From Salpingoeca rosetta (lineage: Eukaryota > Protista > Choanoflagellata), in NCBI GenBank assembly GCA_033442325.1, contig JAWQFM010000027.1, forward strand, positions 412,728-476,727: a DNA stretch of 64,000 nucleotides. The letters are read 5' to 3'. Below the pieces are notes generated by a model. That model was not told where the DNA came from, did not search any database, and saw only the letters and a list, made by a program, of their open reading frames with translations. The position numbers and the translations under genes are program-made. Position 1 is the stretch's first letter; every line of letters begins with the position of its first letter. Positions 34,470 through 48,256 of the stretch are shown one piece after another.

Positions 34470-34940
34470 CTGCTGATGGTTCGGCTGTTGCACGGCGTAG
34501 CTGCTTGCATCTCCTCTGAGACTGCCGTGGCTGGGCGTGGTGCTGGTGCTGCTTGAGGTGGGGGTGCCATTCCCATCTTTAATGGGCGTGCTGGTGTGAA
34601 GCATGCTGTTGGACATGGAGCTGATGCCACCGTCTGAGAAGCCGCTGCGGTCTTGAACACGGGGGCTCAGGGTGCGCTGAGCAGTCGTAGCAGTGGCCGG
34701 GGAGGACTCATTGTTGTTGGGCTGCAACGGCCCAAGAGCTCCAGAGCCTGGGTTCTGCTTGCTGCTGGGGCTGGAGCTTGCAGCATCATCGAAGTGGGGT
34801 GTGGCCTTGTACCAGTTCATGCCGGGGGCTTGCACAAACGGGCGGGCCTGGTCGTGGCTGTTGAATGCAGCTTGCCCGCTTCCATTAGACACAGCCCCGT
34901 CCTGATCCCTGCCTGCCCCAAACACATCGTTCGAGGACAT
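33404..34940 (-). CDS. Hypothetical protein: long S/Q/P/T-rich low-complexity region with a short C-terminal coiled coil
   Basis: 450-codon open frame from 34940, plausible donor at ~33766, and a terminal exon ...CTRRLNEIIAQLENRLRERRNARQQLQDSLKEMLEFWQA*. No family recognised; upstream exon-like blocks are probably UTR. Confidence 0.6.
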
Positions 34941-35901
34941 CTGCGGAGAATGAAGCGTGTAACGTCAGTCAGTGGAGTGTACGTGTGTGTGTGTGTGTGC
35001 GTGTGTGTGTGTGTGCAGTCGCTTCCAACATACACACAAGTGTGGTTGTGCACACAGGTAAAACCGGCGGGGGGGGGAAGACGGAAACATGTGCTCAGCA
35101 GACAGTAGCACAGTGGGCGTGCCATGGTTTGCTAACCTCTGTCACTTCTGACACGCTCAATCAGTTGGTGCTGGACGTCTCTGGATCTTCTCCTCGCTGT
35201 CGCTGTCGTGTGTATGTCGAAGCAGCCCTCAGCACCGGTAGTTGCTGATACGAGTGAGATGCAAAATGCAACGCCACACTGCACACGAACGAACACGCGC
35301 GAGAAGCAAGCGATATGGATACTTGGTGGTCTGATGTGAGTCTGGAAGATGCAAGGGTAAATGGTCGATGTGCAGACACGACCATGGCTCATAGCTCACG
35401 CGCAAGCCCTCATACCGTGATGACACTTCAGCACAAACACAGACGGCACGGTAGCAGACAACAAGCGCCTCGTAGACACCGCTTCGCAGACGTCAAACAG
35501 AGTGTCCACACATTTGCTGAGGTTTGTGCAGACAACCGAGCCACGTGTAAGATTTGCCGAAAGGCCAAAGTGTTTTCCCGCCAAAACCATGCATGCACGC
35601 AACAGCAAGACTTATGACGATGTTGTGTACAAAACTGCTCAGGGCAAAAAGCGGTGTCGTTCTTCGCACGCGCGCGCGGTTTTGTAGGAGTTTGCGGTTT
35701 GTTGTTGTGGCCGTTGAGCGGTGAAGCAACACCAGGCAGGACAGGCGACAGCACAGCACAAACAGCAAAGAAGCAAAGGGACGGCATAACGGCACAGTGT
35801 AGAAACAAGTTGCGAAGAGCAAACGTGAATGAAACAAGGAAGGGCACTTGTTTGCTGGAGCACGCACATGACTTGCATGAGGCTTACAGCGACACAGGGA
35901 G

Positions 35902-35902
35902 G

Positions 35903-35982
<80 letters not shown>
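35902..35982. repeat. (GTT)n microsatellite just downstream of the AP-1 mu stop
   Basis: Perfect trinucleotide run. Confidence 0.9.
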
Positions 35983-36013
35983 CGGAGGGTCAAGCTACGT
36001 CTTGGCGCGGCGA

Positions 36014-36202
36014 TTACATGGTTCGGACTTGGTAGTCCCCGTTCTTTGTGATGTAGCGCACCCACGGCAGCGCCTGGTAGCCGCTCTTCTCCACAACCTT
36101 CAGATACCGAACCTGCGCGCACATAGGAACAAACATGCAGTGTGAGGTGTGAGCACAAGTGAGCAAACGCCAGCTGGGCGCAGCACCCACGTCAGGGAAG
36201 CG

Positions 36203-36277
<75 letters not shown>

Positions 36278-37046
36278 TGGCCAAGGACAACACAGCAAAG
36301 AAAGAGCAGAGCGGTCACGCACCTGAACACCGGATGTTGTAAAGTACGGGATTTCAAACTGCACTTGAATCGGCGGGCGCTGCTCAACTTCTTCGCTCTC
36401 CACACTGCGCAAGGGTGTGCGTGTCATTGTGCGTATTGTGAGTGCGAACGAGTTAGGCATGAAGGGTATGGGGGGGCTGTGTTTTGCCACAAGCATTGCA
36501 CGTGTAACTCAAACAGCCAGGTAACACATAAACGCAAACATTTACGCGAGCACGGCGTGTCAACCGGAACCAAACCTGGGCAGGTTGAAGTGCGCGCGCA
36601 TGAAGAACTCGTGACCGCCAGGAAACTGCTTGATGGTCCACACAATGCTGCTGGTCTCAGGCGAGTACTTGCAGCTGCCAGTCGACACCTGTGCGTGACG
36701 CAAGGTGTGGATGTGGGTGTGGATGTGTGCAAATGTGCGTGGATGTGCGGACGTGCAAAGCAGTGTGTACGTGTACGGGTACGTCATCAGCGTGCGTATT
36801 GAAATGACTGGTGCAGCAGCACATGATTGAAAGCTGGCGGCAGCAACACGTGCGGGTGTGAGCACCACATGATTGAAAGCTGGCGGCAGCAACACGTGCG
36901 GGTGTGAGCACNNNNNNNNNNNNNNNNNNNNNNNNNNNNNNNNNNNNNNNNNNNNNNNNNNNNNNNNNNNNNNNNNNNNNNNNNNNNNNNNNNNNNNNNN
37001 NNNNNNNNNNNGTGTGCGGTGTGTGCGTGCGTGCGTGCGTGCGTGC

Positions 37047-37093
<47 letters not shown>

Positions 37094-37575
37094 CGTGCGT
37101 GCAGTGCAGTGCATGTGCGTGCTTAGCGAACCATATTCCCTCCAACACAACCCACACGCACACACACACACGGCAAAGCAGACGGAGACAGACCTTGATG
37201 AGGTATTCGACGCGGCTGTGGGAGTGGCGCTCAATCACGGGCTCAATCCAGATGAGCGGCTTCACATTCTGCACACATTTGTGTGCGTGTGTACGAATGT
37301 GTGTGTGTGTGCGTGTGTACGTGTGTACGAATATATGTGTGTGTGTGTGTGTGCGTGTGTGTGGGAAAAGAGACATGTGAGGATTGAGGTGTGATTAAGG
37401 TGGTGTGAGAAGAGCTCATTGATGCACAGCGTGTGCAGGGGCAAAGCGCATGCGAATGGTACATGTGTGTGTGATGTGTGTGTGTGTGTTCCCGAACCTG
37501 GCTGAGGCGATATGACATGAGCTCAAATTCGCCATCTGGCGGAATGAAGCTGTTGTGACGAAAGAGACGACGGCA

Positions 37576-37629
<54 letters not shown>

Positions 37630-37750
37630 CCGGATATGTGATGGCCACAAAAGCATGATGAGTGCAGTGCAGCAGCCAGCAAGCACACTCATATGTGACA
37701 AACATCTATACATACACACAAGAGTCCAACACACACAACGCAAAGTCAAG

Positions 37751-37784
<34 letters not shown>

Positions 37785-38093
37785 CCCACGCATACACACA
37801 ATGGCCCAACACGAGTGCTGACCTGATTGTTCTGTCGTTTTCAAAGCGGGAGAGGCGGACGCACTGGTGGAACTTGACGTCCTCCAACTCCACGGCCTTG
37901 CCCTTGCGCCGCCCAGACGACTCAAACAGAATCTACACAGCGGGTCGCGTGCAGTTAGGTGTTGGTGTTGGTGTTGGTGTTGGTGTTGGTGTTGGTGTTT
38001 GTGTTGGTGTTGGTGTTAGTTTGGGAGGGTGTTGCAGCATGTGCGCCTGCGGATGTACGCACAGCTGCAGTACACATAACGATATACAACCAT

Positions 38094-38153
<60 letters not shown>

Positions 38154-38590
38154 CACACACACACACACAGAAGAACGAAGCAAGCGCAGGTGGCATGTAG
38201 GTGCGGCGTGTTCTTCACCTTGTCGTTGAGACCAAGGCGCAGCTCAGGCATGCCTGGCGCGACGATGGAAAGTTGAACACGATGACGAAGATATAGCGGG
38301 ACGAACACAAACAAAGCAACAAGGGCGAAATGCGTGATGAAATGGAGACACTCACACAATCACGAAGAGCCATACACACACACACCATATCACGCACAAA
38401 GCATCACGAACACACGCACACGCACACACACACACACACACAGAGGCCGATGGAGCGTACCTGAGAGGTAGACGCGCATCTGGACGGAGCCGACAATGTC
38501 GCTGTGGAGGACATGACCGCGTGCGCTGACGAGCAGGTTGACCGACTCGACGACATCCAGGAACACCTCATTCTTGCGGTGCTTGATGCC

Positions 38591-38626
<36 letters not shown>

Positions 38627-38856
38627 TGGGTGGACGTATGCATGTGGTTAGGTGTGTATGTTTGAAAAGGAAAAATTGGAGGACACACCTCACCAAACAA
38701 CACACACACACACACACACACACACACTCCGCACACACTGACACACAGACACACGCACACACACACCTCTGATCGCCACGAGACGGCGTTTGTGACGGCG
38801 ATGGGCGGTTTGGGGGCCGCCACCTCCAACTTTCGCCCGGTCTGCGTGATGTACTC

Positions 38857-38905
<49 letters not shown>

Positions 38906-39414
38906 CACACACGAGCGGGGAGAGGATGCAAGACCATAGAGTTGTGTGAACACACACAGCCGGGCGCAAATTGGTGGTTGACGATGTAGACAGCGCACTG
39001 GCCCGCACGCCCTTCCTTGACGGACTGATGACGTGATCGCCTGTCTCCGTGGCCCACACGCCCTTCCTTGACAGACTGATGACGTGATCGCCTGTCTCCG
39101 TTGCATTCGCACCAACACACATGTACTCCCTGACACACACACACACGTGCATCCGCACACACACAAATGTGTGTGTACACATGAACCGAGGCGCGCTTCA
39201 CCTTGAGGATCTGCGCCTCTGTGTACTGCGGGTAGCCAAAGTCCATGAGCTCATCAAGCAGCTCGTAGATGATGACAAAATTGTCACGGATGCTCTCTTC
39301 CTCCAGCACCTTGAAGTACGCCGTGAACACCTGCACGTTGCATGTCGATTGCAGTGGTGGCGTTAATTAAGCTGAGTTACCGTGAGGTTGAGATGGAACA
39401 GAACCATGCACACA

Positions 39415-39471
<57 letters not shown>

Positions 39472-39792
39472 CACCAACGAAACCAAAAGCGGTCGAGACA
39501 AAGGAGACAGCCAACCAAGCATCATCCCAGCACCAGCCCCCCTCCCACACGCACCTCGACCAGCTTGTGGAGGAAGACGAAGACGAGAGCCGCGTTTGCG
39601 TTCTTCTTGCTCGTGGCCACAACATACAGGTTCTCATGCTTGATGTACATGAACGTGACCTGAATCCGCACACAAGAAACACAAGCAAAACACACAGGCA
39701 GCAGAACGACCAGCGTGAGCTGACACCGTGGGTGTATTGTTGGTTTGCGAGTAAAATACACACAAGTAGAGTACACAGACACAGACACAGAC

Positions 39793-39876
<84 letters not shown>

Positions 39877-40312
39877 CCAAGGACAACAAGGAGCAGCAAT
39901 CGTGCTGCTGACGGCAACTTCTCCAACGCACGTCTTCGGCCTGCACGATGGGTGTTGGGTTGCTTTCTTCCTCAGCCTCCATCACCAGTGGCAGGAACTT
40001 GTCAATGCAGTTCCATGGCAGGTCTCCGCGGTAGTCGCGCGAGATGAGGACCTGCCAGCATCGCAGTGGCGTGGGGTTTGGTTAGTGTTGTTGTCGTTTG
40101 TCATTGTGGCATGAAGGAGACAGCAATGCAAACCGACCAACGGCACACATGCACACACATGCACGTAGACACACACACACAGACACACACACACACACAC
40201 ACAGACACACACACACACACACACAGACACACACACACACACAATCACACAGGCACACACAGGCACCGACCTTGCCCTTGATGTCCAAGATGTAGACTGC
40301 AGACGCAGACAT
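36014..40312 (-). CDS. AP1M1: AP-1 adaptor complex mu subunit, multi-exon, with a gap
   Basis: [14 protein letters not shown]|[48 protein letters not shown]|[87 protein letters not shown]. The segment expected after SRVEYLIK falls in the gap. Confidence 0.96.
36821..36911. repeat. ~46 bp tandem repeat (at least 2 copies) running into the gap
   Basis: acatgattgaaagctggcggcagcaacacgtgcgggtgtgagcac occurs twice. Confidence 0.85.
36912..37011. other. Assembly gap (100 N) inside AP-1 mu
   Basis: Run of N. Confidence 1.
39010..39101. repeat. ~51 bp intronic tandem duplication
   Basis: cccttccttgac(g/a)gactgatgacgtgatcgcctgtctccgt occurs twice. Confidence 0.8.
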
Positions 40313-40491
40313 GGCGATGATGCTGGTGGGTTGGTGGTGGTTGGCAGTGAGTGGCTGTCTGTGTTTGTGTGTCTCCTGCCTTGCTTGCCTTCTTGGGAAA
40401 TTTTTCTTTTGTGTGACACTTTTGTACAAATTGCACACTTTGCCCAGTCAGTCATCTCCACGCAACACCACGCACACAACGACCAACCAAA

Positions 40492-40540
<49 letters not shown>

Positions 40541-40557
40541 AAGACCGACCACGCAGG

Positions 40558-41807
40558 ATGCGCGCGCTTGCGTCTCGGACGATGATGATGGTGGTGATGG
40601 CTGTCGCCTTTGTTGCGGCACCCACCCGCGCGCTTCCAATCCACGCGTCTGAGCTGGGAAAGGCCAACCCTATCAGCAGCAGCAACACCGACAGCACAGA
40701 AAGCAACAATGCGGCGCGCGGAGATATTGGCATCACATACGACAGTCCTCAAGTTGAGCAGAAGCGGGAATGGGAGGAGATCGGAGAGGAGGCTCCGAAC
40801 GACAAAGGGAACAGCGCGTTTGACTCGGAGCGTCGCCACGTGGCGAATCAGGCCGGCTACCTCTCGGGCCGGCCAAGCGTCGACTCCGCGCGCACGCATG
40901 TGCCGCGCTCTATTGCCATCCCGCTGAACGATGAGGACGGCGAGCGCGTGACGTCGCTCGGCTTCTCCGTGTCTGGAGGCCAGGAATACAGTAACAAGCC
41001 CTTGAAGATTGTGCAGGTGCTTCCATCCTCACCCGCAGCAAGGGCCGGGCTCCACCTCGACGACATCATCCTGGCGATCCAGGACCAGGACGTGAGGCAC
41101 GCCACGCAGGAAGAGGGCATGCAACGCATTCAGGCCCTCTTGGACGACGAAAACGTCTATGCCCTTAATCTCCTCGTTCAGGCCGAGCAGCCGCGCCAAC
41201 CGGGTATGTGTGTTGTGTGTGTTGTGTGTGTGTGTGTGTCTGCGTGTGTGTGTGTCTGCGTGTGTGCGTGTGTCTGTGTGTCTGTGCGTATGTTGTGCGT
41301 ACGCCCACCACGTGTTGTGTGTTGAAGGTTGGCCATGCCCCCTCATTCCTGTTCATGTTCTCACACCGCTCGTGTACTCATACCACGTGTGTGTTCGTGC
41401 GTCAGCGCCTGAGGATGGTTTCACGGACAGCGACGGCAACTCGCTAGTGGACATTGAGTTGGACCTCTCTGTGAACCACCACGTTGGCTTGTCTCTCGGC
41501 GAAATGTCGCAAGGCGGCAAAACATTCGTGCAGGTGAGTCTGTGTTTGTTTGTGTGCCATCTGTTGCCTTGGCCTGCCGTTGCTATCATGCATGCACACA
41601 CACGCACTAACTCTCTCTCTCTCTCTCACTCTCTCACTCACTCACACAGGTGAATGGCGTTGAGGACGACTCACCAGCGGCACTTGCTGGCGTATTGCCT
41701 GGCGATAAGGTACAGCCCTTGTTCTTGCACGCACTGTTCAGGGAATATGTCACCAGGATTGCGTTCTTGTATAAAGGCAGCGCTGGCTTTTCTGTGTGTG
41801 TGTGTAC

Positions 41808-41893
<86 letters not shown>

Positions 41894-41918
41894 TCTGTGT
41901 TGCTCATCCCCCACTCTA

Positions 41919-41961
<43 letters not shown>

Positions 41962-44495
41962 AACGCCCACCTCGTTGTGCGTTGCGTCAGGTGCTTCGCG
42001 TGGAGGACAGTGTCGTGTCAACGCTGGAAGAGCTGCGCGCTGCATTCTTCACCCTCGACCGCAGCCAACCCGTCCACATGCAGGTGTTGCGCCAGCGGCC
42101 AGACGCGCAGCCCACAGACCCTAACAGTACCAACGGTCGCAGCAACGAAGATGCCATCATCAGTGACGGTGCTGATGGGGGTGATGGTGAAGTTGGTGCC
42201 AGCGTTGCAGGGGCAGCAGCACATGAGCGTGAAGGCGAAGAAGAAGCAGAAGAAGGAGCAGCTGACGGCTATGAAGGCGCCCAGGGAAGTGATGAAGGTG
42301 CAGTGGCGTGGGAAGATGGCACAGTGGACCTCGGTGCCAACACCCGCAGCGGCGGGCGCGAAGCAGGCGAAAACGGCGATGCTGGCACGACGCAATCTAA
42401 CACAGATACGGAGCCCGCAGCAGGCTCCTCCTCCTCCTCCTCATCATCATCGTCATCATCATCGTCATCATCATCGTCATCGCAGGGTGGGGACGATGAC
42501 GGCGCGGGTGATCCGGCTGCGCTGCACGAGCTGCAGTCTGAGGAGGACCGGCTGGAGGCAGAGTACCTGCAGCAGCACCACGCAGGCACCACGGGCAGCG
42601 ATGGTGGTGATGGTGGTGATGGTGGTGTGGCACGGGAGGGAGTGCGGGATGATGGACGGGAGGGTGGTGACAAGACGGGGCTGGCAACGAGCTGGGGCGA
42701 CGACGACGACGCCGTGCTCATGGAGCAGAAGGAGGAGGAGGAAGAGTGGGAGCAGGAGCAGCGGGCAGAGGAGCAGGAGGAGGAAGGGGTACAGGGGATT
42801 GCGCAACAGCGCAGTGGTGCTGTTGATGGCGGGGAAGGAGACTCGGCCGTCGACACGGGCGTGTATGGCGACGGAGAGAGCCAGCAAGCGGCCGAAACGG
42901 GGCAGTATGGCGAGCAAATTGACGGTGAGACGAATGGACAAGGCTTTGAGGGCGAAGACATCCTCGTGACAGGCACGGACGCGACACAGCAGGAAGGCCG
43001 CGACCAGCAGGGACAGCACAACGCTGCCACAAGCTGGGGCGATGACGATGTTGCTGGTGATGGTGATGGTGGTGATGGTGGTGATGGTGGTGATGGTGAC
43101 CACGTGAGGCAACAACAACAACACCAGCAGCAGCAGGAGGAGGAAGGCGAGGAAGGCAAGGAAGGCAGCCTGCTTGATCAGCAGGAGCAGCAGCGCGAGC
43201 AGGTCAGCTGGAAGCAGAACGAACCGCAGCAGCAAACAGAGAGCCGTCGCCCGCACTCGCCTGGCGATGGCGGTGACAGGGGCGAAGATGCACCAGCCAC
43301 GACCACCTCCACGTCGGCGTCACCGGGAACAGAGACACCCGAGGACCAAGAAGTCGAAGAAGACGAGGAAGAAGAGGTCTCGTCCTCATCCACCACCACA
43401 GGGGCGAACGGCGTGCACCAAGGGCGCACGTACGAGCAGCGCAACGAAGGTGATGCTGGCTTTGAACGGCAAGAGCAAGAGCAACAGCAACAGCAACAGC
43501 AGCCGCACGGTGAAACTCGCAGCACAACGGCAACGAAGGCGGTGGATGGTGGCACCACCAGCACCACAACAAGCGCATCGTCCACGCCAACGCCACCCAC
43601 CACCTCGGATGTGATGCGGGACGAAGAAGCAAAGCATGGCAAGGGCCACACGAATGCAATTGCTGCTGGTGACGACCACGCCGACGATGATGATGATGTC
43701 GCTGCTGCGGCCGATGATGATGATGATGATGATATCACGCGTGGTGACGGTCTACCACCACGGCAGGAACACCAACAGCAGCAACAGGAGCAACAGGAGC
43801 AACAGGAGCAGCAGGCGGGGAACGAGGGCGACTCGTGGTTCACGGCCAACGACCAGGAGGAGTACGACGCCGTTGCGCAACACCAATACGAGGAGGAGGC
43901 GCGACACGACACCAACGCCAACAGCAACAGCAATACCAACAACGGCTTGAATGCGGACCCAGGTGCAGAGGAGACAGCGTCGACGGAGCCGTCGTCGTGG
44001 TTCAGGGACGAGGAGAGCCAGCTTGACGGGCAGCGGGCGGAGCTGAGGGAGAAGGTGACAGCGGTGCGCCACCACATTGATGAGGACTTGGCCACGATGA
44101 AGCGGAACGAGGACACCCTACGCACACACACGCGCCACAACACCGCCGGAAACACGGACACGGCGACAATGAGGCAGCACGAAGAGCAGCTGCTGCAGCA
44201 GCAACAGCGGTCGCAGGGGGATGGTGTTGGCAGCGAGGGGCAGGAGGGGGATGGACTGACGTATATGTCTGAGTCTGAGCAGTGGGAGAAGAAGCATGAG
44301 CAGGAGCACGTGTTGGAGGAGACGGACTACGAGGAGGCTGCAGAGGCCTCGAGCTTCCCCGTGTTTGGGGTGATGCTGGTGGTGATTAGTGTGGTGTTGG
44401 CGCTTGTGTTCCAGCGCAAGATCAAGAGCTTGGTGCTTGGTGGCGGTGCGCACCAGCACGGCCGCCGCCATCGCACCTACTCCCGACGCAGGTAG
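40558..44495 (+). CDS. Type I membrane protein: signal peptide, two PDZ domains, long acidic low-complexity stalk, TM helix, short basic tail; exons 40558-41203, 41406-41533, 41650-41709, 41991-44495
   Basis: PDZ1: SLGFSVSGGQEYSNKPLKIVQVLPSSPAARAGLHLDDIILAIQDQDV. PDZ2: VGLSLG...VQ|VNGVEDDSPAALAGVLPGDK|VLRVEDSVV. TM: FPVFGVMLVVISVVLALVF. Splice phases are consistent. Confidence 0.8.
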
Positions 44496-44834
44496 CATGC
44501 ACACACGGTCACAACTGGTGATGATTGGGGGGGGGGGGGAAGCGGTAGCATTTGATGTGGCAGTGACGACGTGGTGAAGGTGATAGGGTTATGGTGGTGT
44601 GGGGATGAAGTTGCAATCTCGTGTTGTGTGCTGTGCTGTTTGCAGTGGCCTGCGCGTGGTTGTAAGCAGTGGCAGGTGTGTATTGTTCTTCCCCGTTCCT
44701 GTTCTTGGTCTTGTATTTGGCGGTTGCACCTCTTAGAATTTCAAGCAACTGATAATTGTAGCAGGCAATTGAAGCGGGGACAGGGCACCATCGTGCTGGT
44801 GGTGGTCGTGGTAATGGTGGCTTCAGCCTGCACA

Positions 44835-44945
44835 GCACAGAGCATAGCGCAGAGCATGCGCAGAACAGCGCAGAACAAAGCGCAGAACAAAGCGCAGAGC
44901 ACAGCGCAGAACAAAGCGCAGAGCACAGCGCAGAGTGTAGCGCAG

Positions 44946-44949
<4 letters not shown>
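44835..44949. repeat. 12-bp minisatellite (gcgcagaacaaa / gcgcagagcaca variants) upstream of the dynein gene
   Basis: Direct inspection. Confidence 0.8.
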
Positions 44950-44990
<41 letters not shown>

Positions 44991-45258
44991 GGCGGGAAAA
45001 TATACAAATGATATTGCTATTTTTCGACCGTTGACAACGAGTGGCGACAACACCACCAGACAACCACCCAACAGTGGCTTTGCGATACAGCAAGCCAGCC
45101 AAGACACACACCTGCCTCACACACCTGCCTCACACACCACCAACAACACCAAAGTCGCACGCTCACTCGTCGGCGCACACCCACGCAAGGGATTTCACCT
45201 CTGTGTGTGGTGGGTCGGTTGTAACCGCCCTTGCTCGCACACCCGGGCAACAGCAAGG

Positions 45259-48221
45259 ATGGACGACAAACGCGTGCAGTGGGTCATCTCCGAGGTGGCG
45301 CGGGGCCTCTCCGTGGATCGCGCGCTTGTGGAGGCGGCCCTCGAGCCAAAGGCCGACCAGCCAGACGCAGATGACGTCGTGGACGTGTTTGAGCGATCCG
45401 TCCCCGGCAACTTTCTCTTCACGCGTGAGGTGACGCTGAAGGAAGTCGTTGTCACAGATGAAGACCAGCAACCACAACAACAACAGCAACAGCAACAACA
45501 AGAACAAGCGCAAGAGCAACAAGAAGGCGAAGAAGACAAGGAAGGAGAAGCGCAGCAGCAGCAAAGCCAGGCCGATGGCGACAAAGAAAGCGGCGCCAAG
45601 GGCCAAGACGAAGCAGGAGCATCAACAACAACAACAGCAGCAGCAACAGGCGATGGTGCTGGCGCAGCGCAGGAGAGCAAGCGTTCCTCCTCCGATGTCG
45701 CTGCCAAAACCGCGCAAGCCAACGCGCAGGTGTCCCGTTCGAACCTTGGCACACCCAGCATCAAAGTGGAGGACGAGGACGGTGACAAGAAGTCAAAGGA
45801 GGGAGGCACTGACGACAAGGCAAGCAAGGGCCCGCGCCCACCTTCTTCACGCGACAGCAAGAGCGCACGCGGGCGACGCCCAACACGCAGCCGACCAACC
45901 TCCTCTGTCCGTAGCAGCAAGCGCGCAAGCGCACGTGGCTCGCGCGGCAAGAGCGCCAGCAAGTCTCGCCGTAGCGATGATAGCGACAAGGCGCAGGCTG
46001 ACAACAAAGACGCGGCCGCCAGCACCAACAAGCAGGCCGAGGGCACATCCGCGGACCAAGCCAACAAAGACGGCAGCGCCGACAAGACCATCGAGCAGGC
46101 CCTGGAGGAAGAGCTGGCAAGCGCAACCGTGCTCAAGACCAAGGTCGTGGAGGAGGTGCACGTGCGCCTGGAGGTGAACACGGTGCCCTCTGTCGCTGCA
46201 GAGTCGCAGTCCATGTACTTTTTCAAGATCACGCCCCGTGAGCTGCCTGCCGTCAAGGATGCCTCGGAGGCGGAGGAGATGCTGTCCAAGGAGCTGCAGT
46301 ATGGCGTGCTCGGCCGCAACTCCCTCAAGATGCTCGATCACGTGCGTTGGCACGTGTGTGTTTTGTTGTGCTGTGTTGTGTTTTGTTGTGCTGTGCTGTG
46401 TGCTGTGTGCTGTGTGTGTTGTGGAGTGCATTTGTTTCCTGAATGCTTTTGACATGATGTGCAAGTGTGCCGTGTGCCTTAAAGCACGACCATACTCCTA
46501 CTCTGTCCCACAGCCCTCGCCCACCCGATCTTTTGCTCACCTCTCTCTCAACTTTCTCTCACCGCATGCAACCCCCCCCACCACTACCACCACCACCGCC
46601 ATCATCTCCCGCCTGTTTTCTGTGTTGTACGCGCAACAGATTATCGGCAAGGTATATCTGCCGATGCTTGAGGGCATCCGGCAATATGAGGAGCGCCAGC
46701 GCCAGCGACAGGAGGAGGATGGCGGTGCACTCTCTGCACAGCCCAGCACGATGGGCGACGATTTTTTGGTCACCCTGCGCCGGTTCAGCCAGCACCTGCG
46801 CCGCACCATCACGCACGTCGAGGGCGAAGTCAAAATTGACTTTCCATCCAACCTGCCCGACATGATTGAGAAGGCCAGGGGCTGCTCAAACGCTGAGGAC
46901 GTGAGTGAAGCAACGTGGTTGTGTGTGTGTGTGTGAGAGTATATGGTGCGCTGTTTGTTGTTCTGTGTATTGTTCCGTGTGTGTGTACGTATTTTTTGTG
47001 TCCTGTGTATGTTTGGTGTGTGTGTGTGTTGTGTCATGTGCGTATATGTGGTGCGCGTGCTGTGTTGTACTGTAGGCCATGGTCGCTTTTGATATGCTCG
47101 TCATGTCATGTTCGTTGCTTGTCCCGGATCGCCTTTTCTGCTCACATTCCTCCATGATCACCCCCATGACCACCACCATGACCACGACCACCAGCCCGAG
47201 ATGCTGCGCCTGACGAGCGTAGTTGAGGAATGGGATGCGGTCATGGAGGGCATCCTGGACTCCACGCAGAAGCGCGAACCCGCCGGCCCCGGGCCCCAGG
47301 CGGAGATTGAGTACTGGGCCGAGCAGAACGCTACCCTCACCGCCCTGGCAGAGCAGCTCGAACGCAAGCAGGTGTGCGCGCGTGTGCGCGCGTGTGCATG
47401 CGTGTGTGTGTGTGCGTTTGTGTGTGTATACGTGTGTGTTTGATGTATGTGTGTGATGTATGTGTGTGATGTACGTTTGTGTTTGATGTATGTGTGTGAT
47501 GTACGTTTGTGTGTGTATACGTGTGTGTTTGATGTACGTGCGTTTGTGTTGTCTCAGCCATTTCTGTTACGGTTCTTCACTCTTTTTGACACTTTCATCC
47601 ATGTCATGCCTCCATCCTCCTCTCTTCCCCTCCATCGAATCCAACCACACCCCTCCCGCACATGTGTTCGCGACAGGTGACGCAAGTGCTTGATCTGCTG
47701 CGCATGGTGCACTGCCCCGAGTTGGAGGCGTACGACTTCCACGCCGCCCAGCTCGCCAGGCGCCGTGCCGAGGCAAAGGACAACGTCAGGTTCCTGTCCA
47801 CCCTCGAGCGGCATTTCAAAAACATTGCACAGGCATCCACCTTCGACCAGGCCTCAGGTGCATGCGTGGGCGTGGGATGAAGGGGTGTGTGTGTGTTGGG
47901 GGAGGGAACTGAGAAGAGAAGGAAGGGTGATTTGTTTGTATTTGTAGTTGTGTCGTGTGCGTGTGCTTGTGTGTGTGTGTTTTGTATTGGTATGTGTTCG
48001 CTGCTCTCGCCGGCAAGCAGTCGTGAAACGATCATCTCATCCTTCGCTATTGTGTGTGTGTGTGTGCAGAGCATTTGCCGGCGCTGATGAATGCGCTGCG
48101 GATGGTGTGGGTCATCTCCCGCCACTTCAATACAGACGCAAGGTGCACAGCACCCACCCTTGAACGTTTGCATCATGCTTGCATTTGTAACACAGCCTGA
48201 ACGAATACATTCCTTAATGCA

Positions 48222-48256
<35 letters not shown>

